From Squalus acanthias (taxonomy: Eukaryota), in the NCBI GenBank assembly GCA_030390025.1, contig CM059432.1, forward strand, positions 18,850,001-18,914,000: 64,000 bases of DNA, read 5' to 3'. Under the pieces are notes generated by a model. The model did no database searches. It was not told the DNA's origin and worked only from the letters and a program-made list of their open reading frames with translations. The position numbers were made by a program, and so were the translations under genes. Shown piece after piece: positions 13,201-24,696 of this stretch. How positions within the stretch are numbered: position 1 is the stretch's first letter; the number at the start of each line of letters is the position of its first letter.

Positions 13201-14197
13201 TAATTGATGCTTTTGTAGCTGCATGGAATAGGTTCTGAGGACAAGCAGCTGTAATTGGTGTCGTTGCACAAAGAGTGGCTGAAACTCTTGGTGTGTTTCT
13301 TCGAGAGGAAGCACGATAGATTTTAGCCGGAACATCTTGATAGGCCCTTACCGGGGCAGTTCGGTAGGACTTAGCTTGATAAGCCCTCGTAGAGGCTCTT
13401 GATAGGCAAACCTTTGCAAAATGACCCTTATTGTTGCAATGACTGCAAAACGCATTGCGAGCAGGGCAGAATTTCCGAGGGTGGAACTCATCACCACAAA
13501 AGAAGCATTTCTTAGATTGCCAAGAGGCTGCCACAGTGGGGTTATCATCCTCTTCATCTGTGAAGTCATCAGATTGATCGTCAGGGATAAAGACCTCCCT
13601 AATAGAGTTCACCTGTGGCCTCTTAAATTGCCTGACTGTAGTTAAGGCAGTAGACCGAGGTCTGGGCACTGTATAAAGGTCTGCATTTCTTTTTGCCAGA
13701 TCTAGAGAGCAAGCCATGTCATAAGCTTTCTGAAGCTCAAGTGTCTTACTTTCCAGTAGACGCTGGCGTATAAATGGGGAGGCAAGCCCGCAGATGAAAG
13801 CATCACGGATCATTTCTTCATGGTACAGCTCAGCTGAGGCCGCCCGAAAGTTACAGTCCATACTAAGTCTGCGAAGCTCTTGGAGGAATTTATCAATGGA
13901 TTCCTCCGGCCCTTGTTGGGCTGTAGCTAGTAGATGTCTGGCATAGACCTCATTCGTTGTCTTAGTATATAGTCTCTTAAGCGTCCGAATTGCCTCCTCG
14001 TAACTGTCCCATTTCTCCACATACTGAAATACATTCGGGGTGACACAGTTGATGAGTATCCGCAACTTTGAGTTATCATCAGCCTTACAATATTCAAGAA
14101 AATTGTCAAACGTGCGATACCAGTGTTTCCACACCTTACCGGCTGCTGGGGTGTTTGGGTCCAAGTCAAGACGCGATGGTTTAAGGATGTTTTCCAT
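10259..14197 (-). pseudogene. Single-frame gag-pol polyprotein with two in-frame stops in RT
   Basis: Zinc knuckles (CFFC..H..C, CSHCNNKGHFAKVC), protease LIDSGS, RT YPLP and YLDN, RNase H CDAS, integrase SIDF/HSDRG/VERFN; stops at 12548-50 and 12464-66 in the same frame. Confidence 0.9.
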
Positions 14198-14275
14198 GAT
14201 GGGTGATTCCCTGGATCCTTAGTTCCGAGTTCGTCCAAAAAGTTTGAGTGCGAAGTTTCCCAAAGTTGATTAAAT

Positions 14276-14469
14276 TGTCGTAAGAATGAGCCTTACGCGT
14301 GGTGAACTTAAAGTAAGCTTTAATCAACTAAAAAGGTGCTACATACAAAAGAGGTCTTACTCTATGCCTCTCCCGGATCCAACTGATCAGTCCAGTATTT
14401 ATCCTGGACTAATCACAGGAAGTGATGCAATAAAGTTCGAGTCACAGGAAGCTGTATTGTGTTACCACA
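14276..14469 (-). repeat. 5' LTR
   Basis: Identical to the 3' LTR; GATAAATA TATA-like and ATTAAA poly(A)-like motifs on the minus strand. Confidence 0.95.
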
Positions 14470-14789
14470 TACAGTGAGTGCAGAGTCACTGCAAGCATTT
14501 AAAAGGGAGCTCGACAAGTTCTTGTGAGAGACAAACGTCTCGACGTATAAAGTCCATGTGGGTCATTGGGGGCCAGTGTCACTTGTCACCGTGATGTACT
14601 GGACCTTGCTTGATCACTTTCGGAAGTGGTGGGGTGGGGGGGCGGTCAGGGGGCAGTCAGAGAGGAACTTCCCAGAGTTTTTTCTTAAATTGGCCGAAGG
14701 TTTTCTCTCTGTTATTTTTGCCTCGCCCAGGAGATTGCGTGACTGTGGGAGAAGGAGGATGATGAAGTAAGTTCCATAATGTTTTGCCT

Positions 14790-15200
14790 TCTCAGCATTA
14801 AGGGAGCAGTAACCCTTTCTGACTGTAATAGCATGAACAGCAGCTTGAGTACAACCGATAGCACTTTGTTCTGAGGGAATGCCACATTACTAGTAAAATT
14901 GCAACGGTCTCTCCTGCTGGTGCAGCATATCACTGTTGAACTTCATTATGCTGACATGTGGCAGAAGAGAGCATCTGTTACCTCAGTAACGCAGCAGTGG
15001 CCTGCAGACTGGCTGATCTGATGATATCGCCTGTTTGTGCTAGACGCATTCACTTCCATAGATGTTTAGTGCAATGGTCACTTTCGCTTGCACTGAGAGT
15101 GCTGGCCAGAGGTTTGTTGTAGATCGGGCTGAAAAAGCTGACAGATGTCAAGATGTAGCCTTCTTATACACCACACCTTGCTGAGTTTTCGGTAAGTGAC
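14790..15200 (-). pseudogene. Decayed Harbinger (HARBI1-like) transposase fragment
   Basis: Hand translation across frameshifts: CIRRLHL, ALSVQAKVTIALNIYGS, ISQSAGHCCVTEVTDALF, AIGCTQAA, RKGYCSLN; compare the family motifs AIDCTHV and RKGxHSLN. Confidence 0.7.
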
Positions 15201-16507
15201 ACGTCAGAGGTGTTCACACTGCATCAGGTAGTCCCGAATCCTGATAGTCTGCCTCTGTTGTCTCAAATCCACTATTCTTGCTTCCCTTCCTAGCATTGAG
15301 AGACTTGACGATAAACCCATACTGCAGAGCTCTCCCAAAAGACTCCAATTTTAGGTTATTTCTGCAGCTCCGCTCAATACGTAAACTCTGCCAGCTTCCC
15401 TCTAGTGCCTAACTGCAGCTTTAACTAGGGGAAAATTATGTTACGTGGGGATGAATGTATATTCCACATTAATTGCCATTTAACAACCATCTAACAAACA
15501 AAACATCATTAACTCTGGATCTGTGCGTAAATAGGTGTTGCAAATACTTAGGCTCAGAAGCAATTTTAGGAGCATTATTCACAGTTTCTCTGCTTCTGAA
15601 CGAACTAGAGAGAGATAATTTTACAAGCCCACACTGCCAGTTGAAAACCCGGCCTGTGTAAAATGGATTAATTTTTCAATGATTTTTGGCTCTTCAGGCC
15701 AAATTCGGAACATTACTCATACAATATTTCTGGTTTCTACAGTTCCACGCCTACATATTTCTACTGCATGCTGGTAAAATTATACATTTAGTCCTTGGTG
15801 CACTCAGAGAAAAACTATTTGAAGAGGGATGAACTATTCACCCACTGTTCACTTCTAGCGAACAGAACAGCACCCACTCTCCTGACACTTCTTTGGAAAC
15901 GTTGTTGCTTGTTTCTCTCGCGCTGTGATGGTAACCAGTGAGTTTCTTCCCCTCTTTGGCAAACCTAAAATTCAGGCATTTGTGAATCTGAATATTGATT
16001 CTGGTGTATGAGGCCACCACACCACCTATCCAGATCCTTTTAGGCCTGTGGAGATGACGCTAATTATTAAAGACAATCTTTTTCTGGGGATGACACTATT
16101 TTAGAGATAATCTTTTCTTCACTTCATATCATCATTGACTAAAACTCTATTAGATTAATCTATTGGGTTTTATGAACCTGATAGACCCTAAGCAATTTAT
16201 TATAACTATTTAAGCTTAAGTGGACAGACGTGACCTTCCTGCCTGAAAGGCATCTTACCCCCACCGAATGTTCAAAGCACACATGAGACTGGGTGGTGTG
16301 AATGTAGGCAGAGTCAGTGGGGATAATTTTCAACTTCACTGCCTGGGCAGTAACCTGGCAGAGCGGATCGCTCGCAACTGTATAATCAACCATTGATTCA
16401 CTTCATTCCTTTTCTGAAAGAACAGTGAAGCTTATTTGTGGTGGCACGTCAAGAGGGTTCGTTGCTAAATTTACCTCCATAGGTTTGACACTGCACTTTA
16501 TCCACTT

Positions 16508-18434
16508 TATGGAATATTGGCCTTTATTGCAAGGGGGTTGGAGTATAAGAGTAAGGAAGTCTTGCTACAATTGTACAGGGCCTTGGTAAGACCACACCCG
16601 AGTGCTGTGCACAGTTTTGGTCTCCTTGTCTGAGGAAGAATATTCTTGCCTTAGAGGTGGTGCAACGAAGGTTCACTAGATTGATCCCTGGGATGAGAGG
16701 GTTGTCCTATGAGGAGAGATTGAGTAGATTGGGCCTATAGTCTCTGGAGTTTAGAAGAATAGAGGTTAACTCATTGAACCATATATAATCCTGAGGTGGA
16801 TTGACAGGGTAGATGCTGAGAAGTGATGTGATAGGAAGGATGTGATTGCATTGGAGAGGGTGCAGAGGAGATTCACCAGGATGTTACCTGGGCTGGAGCG
16901 CTTCAGCTATGAAGAGAGACTGGACAGGTTGGGGTTGTTTTCCTTAGAGCAGAGAAGGTTGAGGGGGGACCTGATTGAGGTGTACAGAATTATGAGGGTC
17001 ATAGATAGGGTAGATAGAAAGGAACTTTTCCCCTTAGTAGAGGGGTCAATAACCAGGGGGCATAGATTCAAGGTAAGGGGCAGGAGGTTTAGAGGGGATT
17101 TGAGGAAAAACTTTTTCACCCAGAGGGTGGTTGGAATCTGGAACTCACTGCCTGAAAGGGTGGTAGAGGCAGGAACCCTCACAACATTCAAGAAGCATTT
17201 AGATGACTTGAAATGCCATAGCATACAAGGCTACGGACCAAGTGCTGGAAAATGGGTTTGAATAGACAGGGCTTGATGGCCAGCGCGGACACGATGGGCC
17301 GAAGGGCCTCTTTCTGTGCTGTATAACTCTATGGGGTAAAAATTGAGTCGCGCCCCATTTGGGGCGCTAACCTCGCCGGGGCGCGACTTTTAGCGCCCCG
17401 AAAAAATTAGCGGCCCCGCGCCGGAACTTCAGTGGTTGCGCCCCAAGAGGGAAGCGGGGCGCCACTGGAAGCACCCCGCATCCCTCTTGGGGCGCTGCGA
17501 GTGAATATCCTGGCGCTACGTGCCGCAGCGCCATGCGCTGCGGCACCTCGCGCCGCGGTATTGCAGGCCTTCCTCCCCTTCTTAAAGGGGAGGGACCCTG
17601 CGCAGCACGAACCGGGGCCCAGCTGGGCCCCCAGGGATCGGGAGTGCCGGCAAAAGAGCCCGGCACTCAAGAGAAGTGCCGGGCTCTTGGAGCGCAGCCG
17701 GCACTTCACGGTGGGGGGGCTTCACGGGGGCCGGGGACAGCAACGGGGGCAGGTGCTGGCAGGTGGCCAGCAACAAAAATGGCCGCCTGCCACCTCCCCT
17801 TTAAATATCGGCGCCCCGGCCGCACGTACGCCTCCCTGAACCCGTCGGACATAGCGTCTGGCGGTAAATCAGGGGGCGCGACTGAAGATCACGGCCGGGG
17901 CGCGAGCGGGGTGCTGCGCACGGCGATGACGTCATCGCCGGCGGCGCAGCGCCACAGGGCGCTACCGGCTGCCGCCGCCGCTAACCTCCCACTAAATTTT
18001 TCGGGAGGCGTGGGCGGCGCTGCGCCCGGGCGTTAGCTGCTTTACGCCCCATTAGCGCCCTCTTAAGGCGCTAACGGGAGGCGCAAGCAGCTGAATTTTT
18101 CCCCCTATGACTCTATTTTCCCTGGCTGGAGAGTCTAGAACTAGGGGGCATAGTCTCAGGATATGGGGTTAGCCATTTAAGACTGAGAGGAGGAGGAATT
18201 TCTTCACTCAGAGGGTTGTGAATCTTTGGAATTCTCTACCCCAAAGGGCTGTGGATGCTGAATCGCTGAGGATATTCAAGGCTGCGACGGATAGAGTTTT
18301 GGACTCTAGGGGAATGAAGGGCTATGGGGATTGGGCGGGAAAATGGAGTTGAGATCGAAGATCAGCCATGATCTTATTGAATTGCGGAACAGGCTCGAGG
18401 GGCCGTATGGCCTACTCCTGCTCCTAATTCTTTT
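16508..18434 (+). mobile_element. CR1 3' fragment containing a second CR1 3' fragment (about 16830-18116)
   Basis: Outer copy breaks at GATGCTGAGA and resumes at TTTCCCTGGCTGGAGAG (about 18117); inner ORF 16842-17261 ends in an ACTCTAT tail. Confidence 0.85.
17333..18105. mobile_element. Harbinger-type MITE, family A-related
   Basis: TIRs GGGGTAAAAATTGAG / CTGAATTTTTCCCCC; TSD TAT; inserted in the tail of the inner CR1. Confidence 0.85.
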
Positions 18435-19653
18435 ATATTACTCCGAATGAAATCGGCCTTTCCACCTTTTATTGTGTATCTGCACACACACATCTCGACA
18501 ATTTTGTGTTACACGATGTGTTTATTGTACTAAATGTATTGCCGTAACATTCATTTAACACTTACTGAGCCAGTGCCTTTTCAAGCTTGTTGAAGTTCTC
18601 AAATGAAATTTTGCAGTTCTCTTCCTTCAGTATAAATCACGCCAGAGCCAGGTCACCAGGCCCATCCGGCAATGGTCCAAGTGACAGCAGCAATAAAAGT
18701 AGCGCTAATTCAGCAAACTTTACGATCGCCATTTATTTTCTCCGTTAACATTTCTTTTACTTATACTAAATCTGGTATTTTGCAGGGCTATGGGCAAAGA
18801 GCCGGCACAGACACGATGGGCCGATTGGCCTCCATCTCTGCTGTATGATTCTATGATTTGAGCGTCCTTCCCTTGACTTATTTTTAGGTTCCATTGTACT
18901 GCTGGTATTTTGTCCTCTTCTTCTACTGTGAAAACGGATACAGGGTAATCATTTAAAAAGTCTGCCATTTCCTTATTGTCCATTATTCAGAGGGGGGAGG
19001 GTGAACAGCCAGAGGTCGTGGTCCATATTGGTACCAATGACATAGGTAGAAAGAGGGATGAGGTCCTGCAGACAGATTTTAAGGAGCTAGGAAAGAGATT
19101 AAAAGGCAGGACCTCAAAGGTAGTAATTTCTGGATTACTCCCGGTGCCACATGTGAATGAGTATAGAGATAGGAGGATAGAGCAGATGAATGTGTGGCTG
19201 GAGAGATGATGCAGGAGGGAGGGCTTCAGATTGCTGGGGCATTGGGGCCAGTTCTGGGGAGGTGGGACCTGTACAGGCCAGACGGGTAGCACCTCAACAG
19301 AGCCGGTACCAATATCCTCAGGATGATGTTTGCTAGTGCCGTTGGGGAAGGTTTAAACTAAGTTGGCAGGGGGATGGGCACCAGGATGTAGCATTAGAAA
19401 GGAGAAACAATGGGCACAAAGGATTGGGAGAGACGGATAGCACTAAAGTAAGAAATAGTAAGGTATTAGTTGGGGTCAGACTAAGAGAGAACACAGATGG
19501 TTTAAGATAGGTTTACAATGTACACGACGCATAGTAAACAAGGTTGGTGAGCTGCAGGCGCAAATAGCCACATGGGAATATGATGTTGTGGCAATGAAAG
19601 AGACCTGGCTCAAAAAAGGGCAGGATTGGGTAGTAAATATTCCTGGATATAGG

Positions 19654-20537
19654 GGGGGAAAAATTCAGTATCGCCCCGTTTGGGGCGCCATTATCAGCCG
19701 TGCACAAAGTTTAGCGCCTGGCGCTAATTATCGCCTCCGACTGCAAACTTGACTTTTATCGCCCCTGGAGGTGATTGGAGCGCTAAATCAGGCGCTTCAC
19801 ACCTGTCTTAAGGCGCAAAGGCCGAGCAGCGAGGCGCTACCTTAGAGCGCTGGCGAAGCTCATGTGATGTCAGTCAGCAATGGAACACAGACACAATGGT
19901 GCTGGCCAGGTCTTAAAGGGGAGGGTCGATCTTGCTCTCATCCACATCCTGCTCATTGCAGCCTTGAATCTCGGCCTGGAGAGACCTGTACATCAAATCT
20001 GCTGGAAAGAACAATGGAGAGTACCAGGGAAAGAGCTCAGAGTGCAGCCCCCACAGTCTCTTCTAAATCGATACAAGGAAGGGCAAATCAAAATGAACCT
20101 GCAAAGTGCTGCTCAGTACCCAAAACTCCTTCACACAGCGTTTAATCTCTCCAGAAGTCTCTCTCTCTCTCTCTCTCTCTCTCAGAATGCGTGGTGCAAA
20201 AGTGTCACCAACAAAAAAAGGCAGGAAGCATTTGGCTTTAAATAGCGCTCCCCCAGTCCCTTCCTGACTGCAAAACGCTCCCCTCAACATGTCATTGCTA
20301 GCGGCAGGCGGTAAGGCAGGGGGCGCCACTCAATATCCGGTCCGGGGCGCTACCGGGGCATTGCACACTCGACTGACGTCACGATCGTGGCGGTACTGTT
20401 TAGTGGCGCCGCAAAATGTCTAGTTAATTTCATGAGCGGCGCAAACATCACCGCGCCCGGGCACTAGTTGCTTTGCACCCCATTAGCGCCCTCTTAAGGC
20501 GCTAACGGGAGGCGCAAACCAACTGAATTTTTCCCCC
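19654..20537. mobile_element. Harbinger-type MITE, family A
   Basis: Perfect 15-bp TIR GGGGGAAAAATTCAG / CTGAATTTTTCCCCC; TSD AGG; removing it restores the CR1 codons PGY-R-VFRKDR. Confidence 0.9.
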
Positions 20538-21480
20538 AGGGTGTTCAGGAAAGATAGAGAAGGAAAGCTAGGAGGTGGTGTGGTAGTATTGGTCAAGGAG
20601 AATGTTGCAGTGCTAGAAAGAGAGGATGTCCTGGAGGGTCAAGGACAGAATCTATATGGCTAGAGTTAAGAAAAAGTAGGGGTGCCATCACACTAATAGG
20701 TGTATTCTATAGACGACCAACTAGTGGGAAAAATATGGAGGAGCAAATTTGCAGAGAAATTACAGAGAGATGCAAGAACTATAGAGTAGTGATAATGGGG
20801 GACTTCAACTATCCTAACATAGATTGGGATTGTAATAGTGTAAAGGGCAGGGAGGGGAAAGAATTTCTGAAGTGTGTTCAGGAGAACTTTCTTGATCAGT
20901 ACATTTCTGGCCCAATGAGGAAGGAGGCATTGCTGGATCTGGTTCTGGGAAATGAGGGGGGGTCAAGTGGAGCAAGTGTCAGTAGGTGAACATTTAGGGA
21001 ATAGTGATCATAGTATCATAAGGTTTAGATTAGCTATGGAAAAGGATAGGGAGCAATCTAGAGCAAAAATACTTAATTGGAGGAAGGCCAATTTCAGTGT
21101 GATGAGAACAGATCTGGCCCGGGAAAATTGGAATCAAAGATTAGCAGGCAAAACTGTAGTGGAACAATGGGCTGGCCTTAAAGAAGAAATAGTTCAGGGA
21201 CAGTCAAGGTACATTCCCACTAGGGGGAAAGGTAGAGCAACTAAAGTCAGAGCTCCCTGGATGATGAAAGAGATAGAGAATTGGATGAAGCAGAAAAAGA
21301 GCACGTATGACAGATGTCAGGTCGAGAATACATCTGAGAATCAGGCTAAATATAGAAAGTTCAGAGGAGAAGTGAAAAAGAAAATAAGAGGGGCAAAGAG
21401 AGGGTATGAGAATAGAATGGCAGCTAACATAAAAGGTAATCCAAAAGTCTTCTAAAGGCATATAAATAGTAAACGGGTAG

Positions 21481-23437
21481 TTTTTTTTATTCGTTAATGG
21501 GATGTGGGCGTCGCTGGCTAGGCCAGTATTTATTGCCCATCCCTAATTGCACTTGAGAAGGTGGTGGTGAGCCGCCTTCTTGAACCGCTCCAGTCCGTGT
21601 GGTGAAGGTACTCCCACAGTGCTGTTAGGTAGGGAGTTCCAGGATTTTGACCCAGCGACGATGAAGGATCGGCGATATACTTCTAAGTCAGGATGGTGTA
21701 TGACTTGGAGGGGAACTTGGAGGTGGTGGTGTTCCCATGCGCCTGCTGCCCTTGTCCTTCTAGGTGGAAGAGGTCATAGGTTTGGGAAGTGCTGCTGAAG
21801 AAGCCTTGGCGAGTTGCTGCAGTGCATCTTGTAGATGGTACACACTGCAGCCACGGTACGCCGGTGGTGGAGGGAGTGAATGTTTAAGTTGGTAGATGGG
21901 GTGCCAATCAAGAGGGCTGCTTTGTCCTGGATGGTGTCGAGCTTCTTGAGTGTTGTTGAAGCTGCACTCATCCAGGCAAGTGGAGAGTATTCCATTACAC
22001 TCCTTACTTGTGCCTTGTAGATGGTAGAAAGGCTTTGGGGAGTCAGGAGGTGAGACACTCGCCGCAGAATACCTAGCCTCTGACCTGCTCTTGTTGCCAC
22101 AGCATTTATGTGGCTGGTCCAGTTAAGTTTCTGGTCAATGGTGACCCCCAGGAGGTTGATGGTGGAGGATTCGGCAATGGTAGTGCCACTGAATGTCAAG
22201 GGGCAGTGGTTAGACTCTCGCTTGTTGGAGATAGTCATTGCCTGGCACTTCTGTGGAGCGAATGTTACCTGTCACTTATCAGCCCAAGACTGAACGTCGT
22301 CCAGGTCTTGTTGCATGCGGGCATGGACTGCTTCATTATCTGAGGAGTTGTGAATGGCACTGAACACTGTGCAGTCATCAGCGAACAACCCCATTTCTGA
22401 CCTTATGTTGGAGGGAAGGTCATTGATGAAGCAACTGAAGATGGTTGGGCCTAGGACACTGCCCTGAGGAACTCCTGCAGCGATGTCCTGGGGCTGTGAT
22501 GATTGACCTTCAATCACCACAACCATGTTCCTTTGTGCTGGTATGACTCCAGCTAGTGGGGAGTTTTCCTCCCGATTCCCATTGACTTCAGTTTTACTAG
22601 GGCTCCTTGATGCCACACTCGGTCAAATGCTGCTTTGATGTCAAGGGCAGTCACTCTCACCTCACCTCTGGAATTCAGCTCCTTTGTCCATGTTTGGACC
22701 AAGGCTGTAATGAGGTCAGGAGCTGAGTGGTCTTGGCAGAACCCAAACTGGGCATCAGTGAGCAGGTGATAGGTGAGTAAGTGCCACTTGATAGCACTGT
22801 CGATGACACCTTCCATCACTTTGCTGATGATTGAGAGTAGACTGATGGGGCGGTAATTGGCTGGATTGGATTTGTCCTGCTTTTTGTGGACAGGACATAC
22901 CTGAGCAGTTTTCCACATTGTTGGATAGATGCCAGTGTTGTAGCTGTACTGGAACAGCTTGGCTAGAGGCGCGGCTAGTTCTGGAGCACAAGTCTTCAGC
23001 ACAATAGCCGGGATGTTGTCAGGGCCCATAGCCTTTGCTGTATCCAGTGTACTCAGCCATTTCTTGATATCACATGGAGTGAATCGAATTGGTTGAAGAC
23101 TGGCTTCTGTGATGGTGGGGACCTCAGGAGGAGGCCGATATGGATCATCCACTGGGCACTTCTGGCTGAAGATGGTTGCAAACACTTCAGCCTTGTCTTT
23201 TGCACTCACGTGCTGGGCTCCATCATCTTTGAGGATGGGGATATTCATGGAGCCTCCTCCTCCCGTTAGTTGTTTAATGGTCCACCACCATTCACAACTG
23301 GATGTGGCAGGACTGCAGAGCTTTGATCTGATCCATTGATTGTTGGATCGCTTAGCCCTGTCTATAGCATGCTGCTTCCGCTTTTTAGCATGCATGTAGT
23401 CCTGTGTTGCAGCTTCCCCAGGTTGGCACCTCATTTT
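21481..23437 (-). mobile_element. Poly(A)-tailed CR1-group LINE fragment (distinct family)
   Basis: RT motifs [32 protein letters not shown]-run at 21481. Confidence 0.85.
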
Positions 23438-23929
23438 TAGGTAAGAGGAGGGGTGGGGTCAATTAGGGACTGAAAAGGAGACATACGCATGGAGGCAGAG
23501 GGTATGGCTGAGGTACTAAACAAGTACTTTGCATCTGTCTTCACCAAGGAAGAAGATGCTGCCATAGACATAGTGAAGGAGGAGGTAGAGGAGATGCTGG
23601 ATGGGATAAAAATTGATAAAGACCAGGTACTAGAAAGGCTGGCTGTACTTAAAGTAGATAAGCCACCAGGACCAGATGGCATACCTCCTAGGATGCTGAG
23701 GGAATTGAAGGAAGAAATCATGGAGGTACTGGACATAATCTTCGAATCCTCCTTAGAAACAGGGGTGGAGCCAAAGGACTGGAAAATTGCAAATGTTACA
23801 CCCTTGATCAAAAAAGTGTGTAAAGATAAACCCAGCAACTATAGGCCAGTCAGTTTAACCTCGCTAATAAAAACAGAAAATGCTGGAAATACTCAGCAGG
23901 TCAGGCAGTATCTGTAGAGAGAGAAACAG

Positions 23930-23966
23930 AGTTAACGTTTCAGGTCGATGACCCTTCATCAGAACT
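23930..23966 (-). ncRNA. Minimal hammerhead ribozyme motif (uninterrupted)
   Basis: Minus strand AGTT-CTGATGA-AGGGTC(atc)GACCT-GAAA-CG-TT-AACT; helix I AGTT/AACT; palindromic AACGTT. Confidence 0.8.
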
Positions 23967-24696
23967 GGAAAAAGTTGGAGATGTAATAGGTCTTTAAGCA
24001 AGTGTAGGGTCAGGGAGAAGGGGGAAGGGAGGAAAGATCAAAAGGGAAGGTCTGTGATAGGATGGAAGGCAGGAGAGATAAAGAGAGAAAAGGGATGATG
24101 GTGCAAGGCAAAAGGAGATGGTAATGGGACAAGTTAAGAAACAAAAGATGAGTCTAGATGAAGTGTAAGTGGCAATGGCAGAATGATCAATAGTTGCCGT
24201 GTGAGAGAGAGAAAAAAAGGATAGGGGCCGAGGTTATGGTCTGAATTTGTTGAACTCGATGTTGAGTCCAGAAGGCTGTAAAGTACCTAATCGAAAGATG
24301 AGGTGCTGTTCCTCGAGCTTACATTGAGCTTCATTGGAACAGTGCAAGAGGCCGAGGGCGGTGAGGTCTGAGTGGGAGTGGAGCGGAGAATTAAAGTGAC
24401 AGGTGACCGGAAGCTCGGGGTCACCCTTATGGACTGAACGGATGTGTTCCGCAAAGTGGTTACCCAATCTGCGTTTGGTCTCCCCAATGTAGAGGAGACC
24501 GCATTTTGAGCAGCGAATACAGTATAATAAATTGCAAGAAGTACAAGTTAATTGCTGTTTCACCTGGAAGGAGTGTTTGGGGCCATGGACAGTGGGAAGG
24601 GAGGAGGTAAAATGGCATGTGTTGCATCTCCTGTGCTTGCACAGGACGGTGCCGGGCAAAGGGGAAGGGGTGTTGGGGGTGATAGAGGGGTAGATC

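Larger units (their letters stand above)
10001..14469 (-). mobile_element. Full-length Ty3/Gypsy LTR retrotransposon (4469 bp)
   Basis: Two 194-bp TG...CA LTRs; TSD TACAG at 9996-10000 and 14470-14474; gag-PR-RT-RH-IN domain order; PPT next to the 3' LTR. Confidence 0.97.

Noticed and set aside
14790..15200. Domesticated HARBI1 gene (and NAIF1/MSANTD at 62620)
   Set aside because: The transposase fragment has stops, frameshifts and an altered catalytic Asp motif; the Myb-like ORF lies inside a TIR-bounded element and is cut by a CR1
17367..18036. Overlapping ORFs in GC-rich MITEs (also 5123-5675 and 19864-20329)
   Set aside because: Stop-poor GC-rich non-coding repeat; no recognisable domain
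20157..20183. (CT)n microsatellite (also about 53694-53725)
   Set aside because: Ordinary simple repeat inside MITEs
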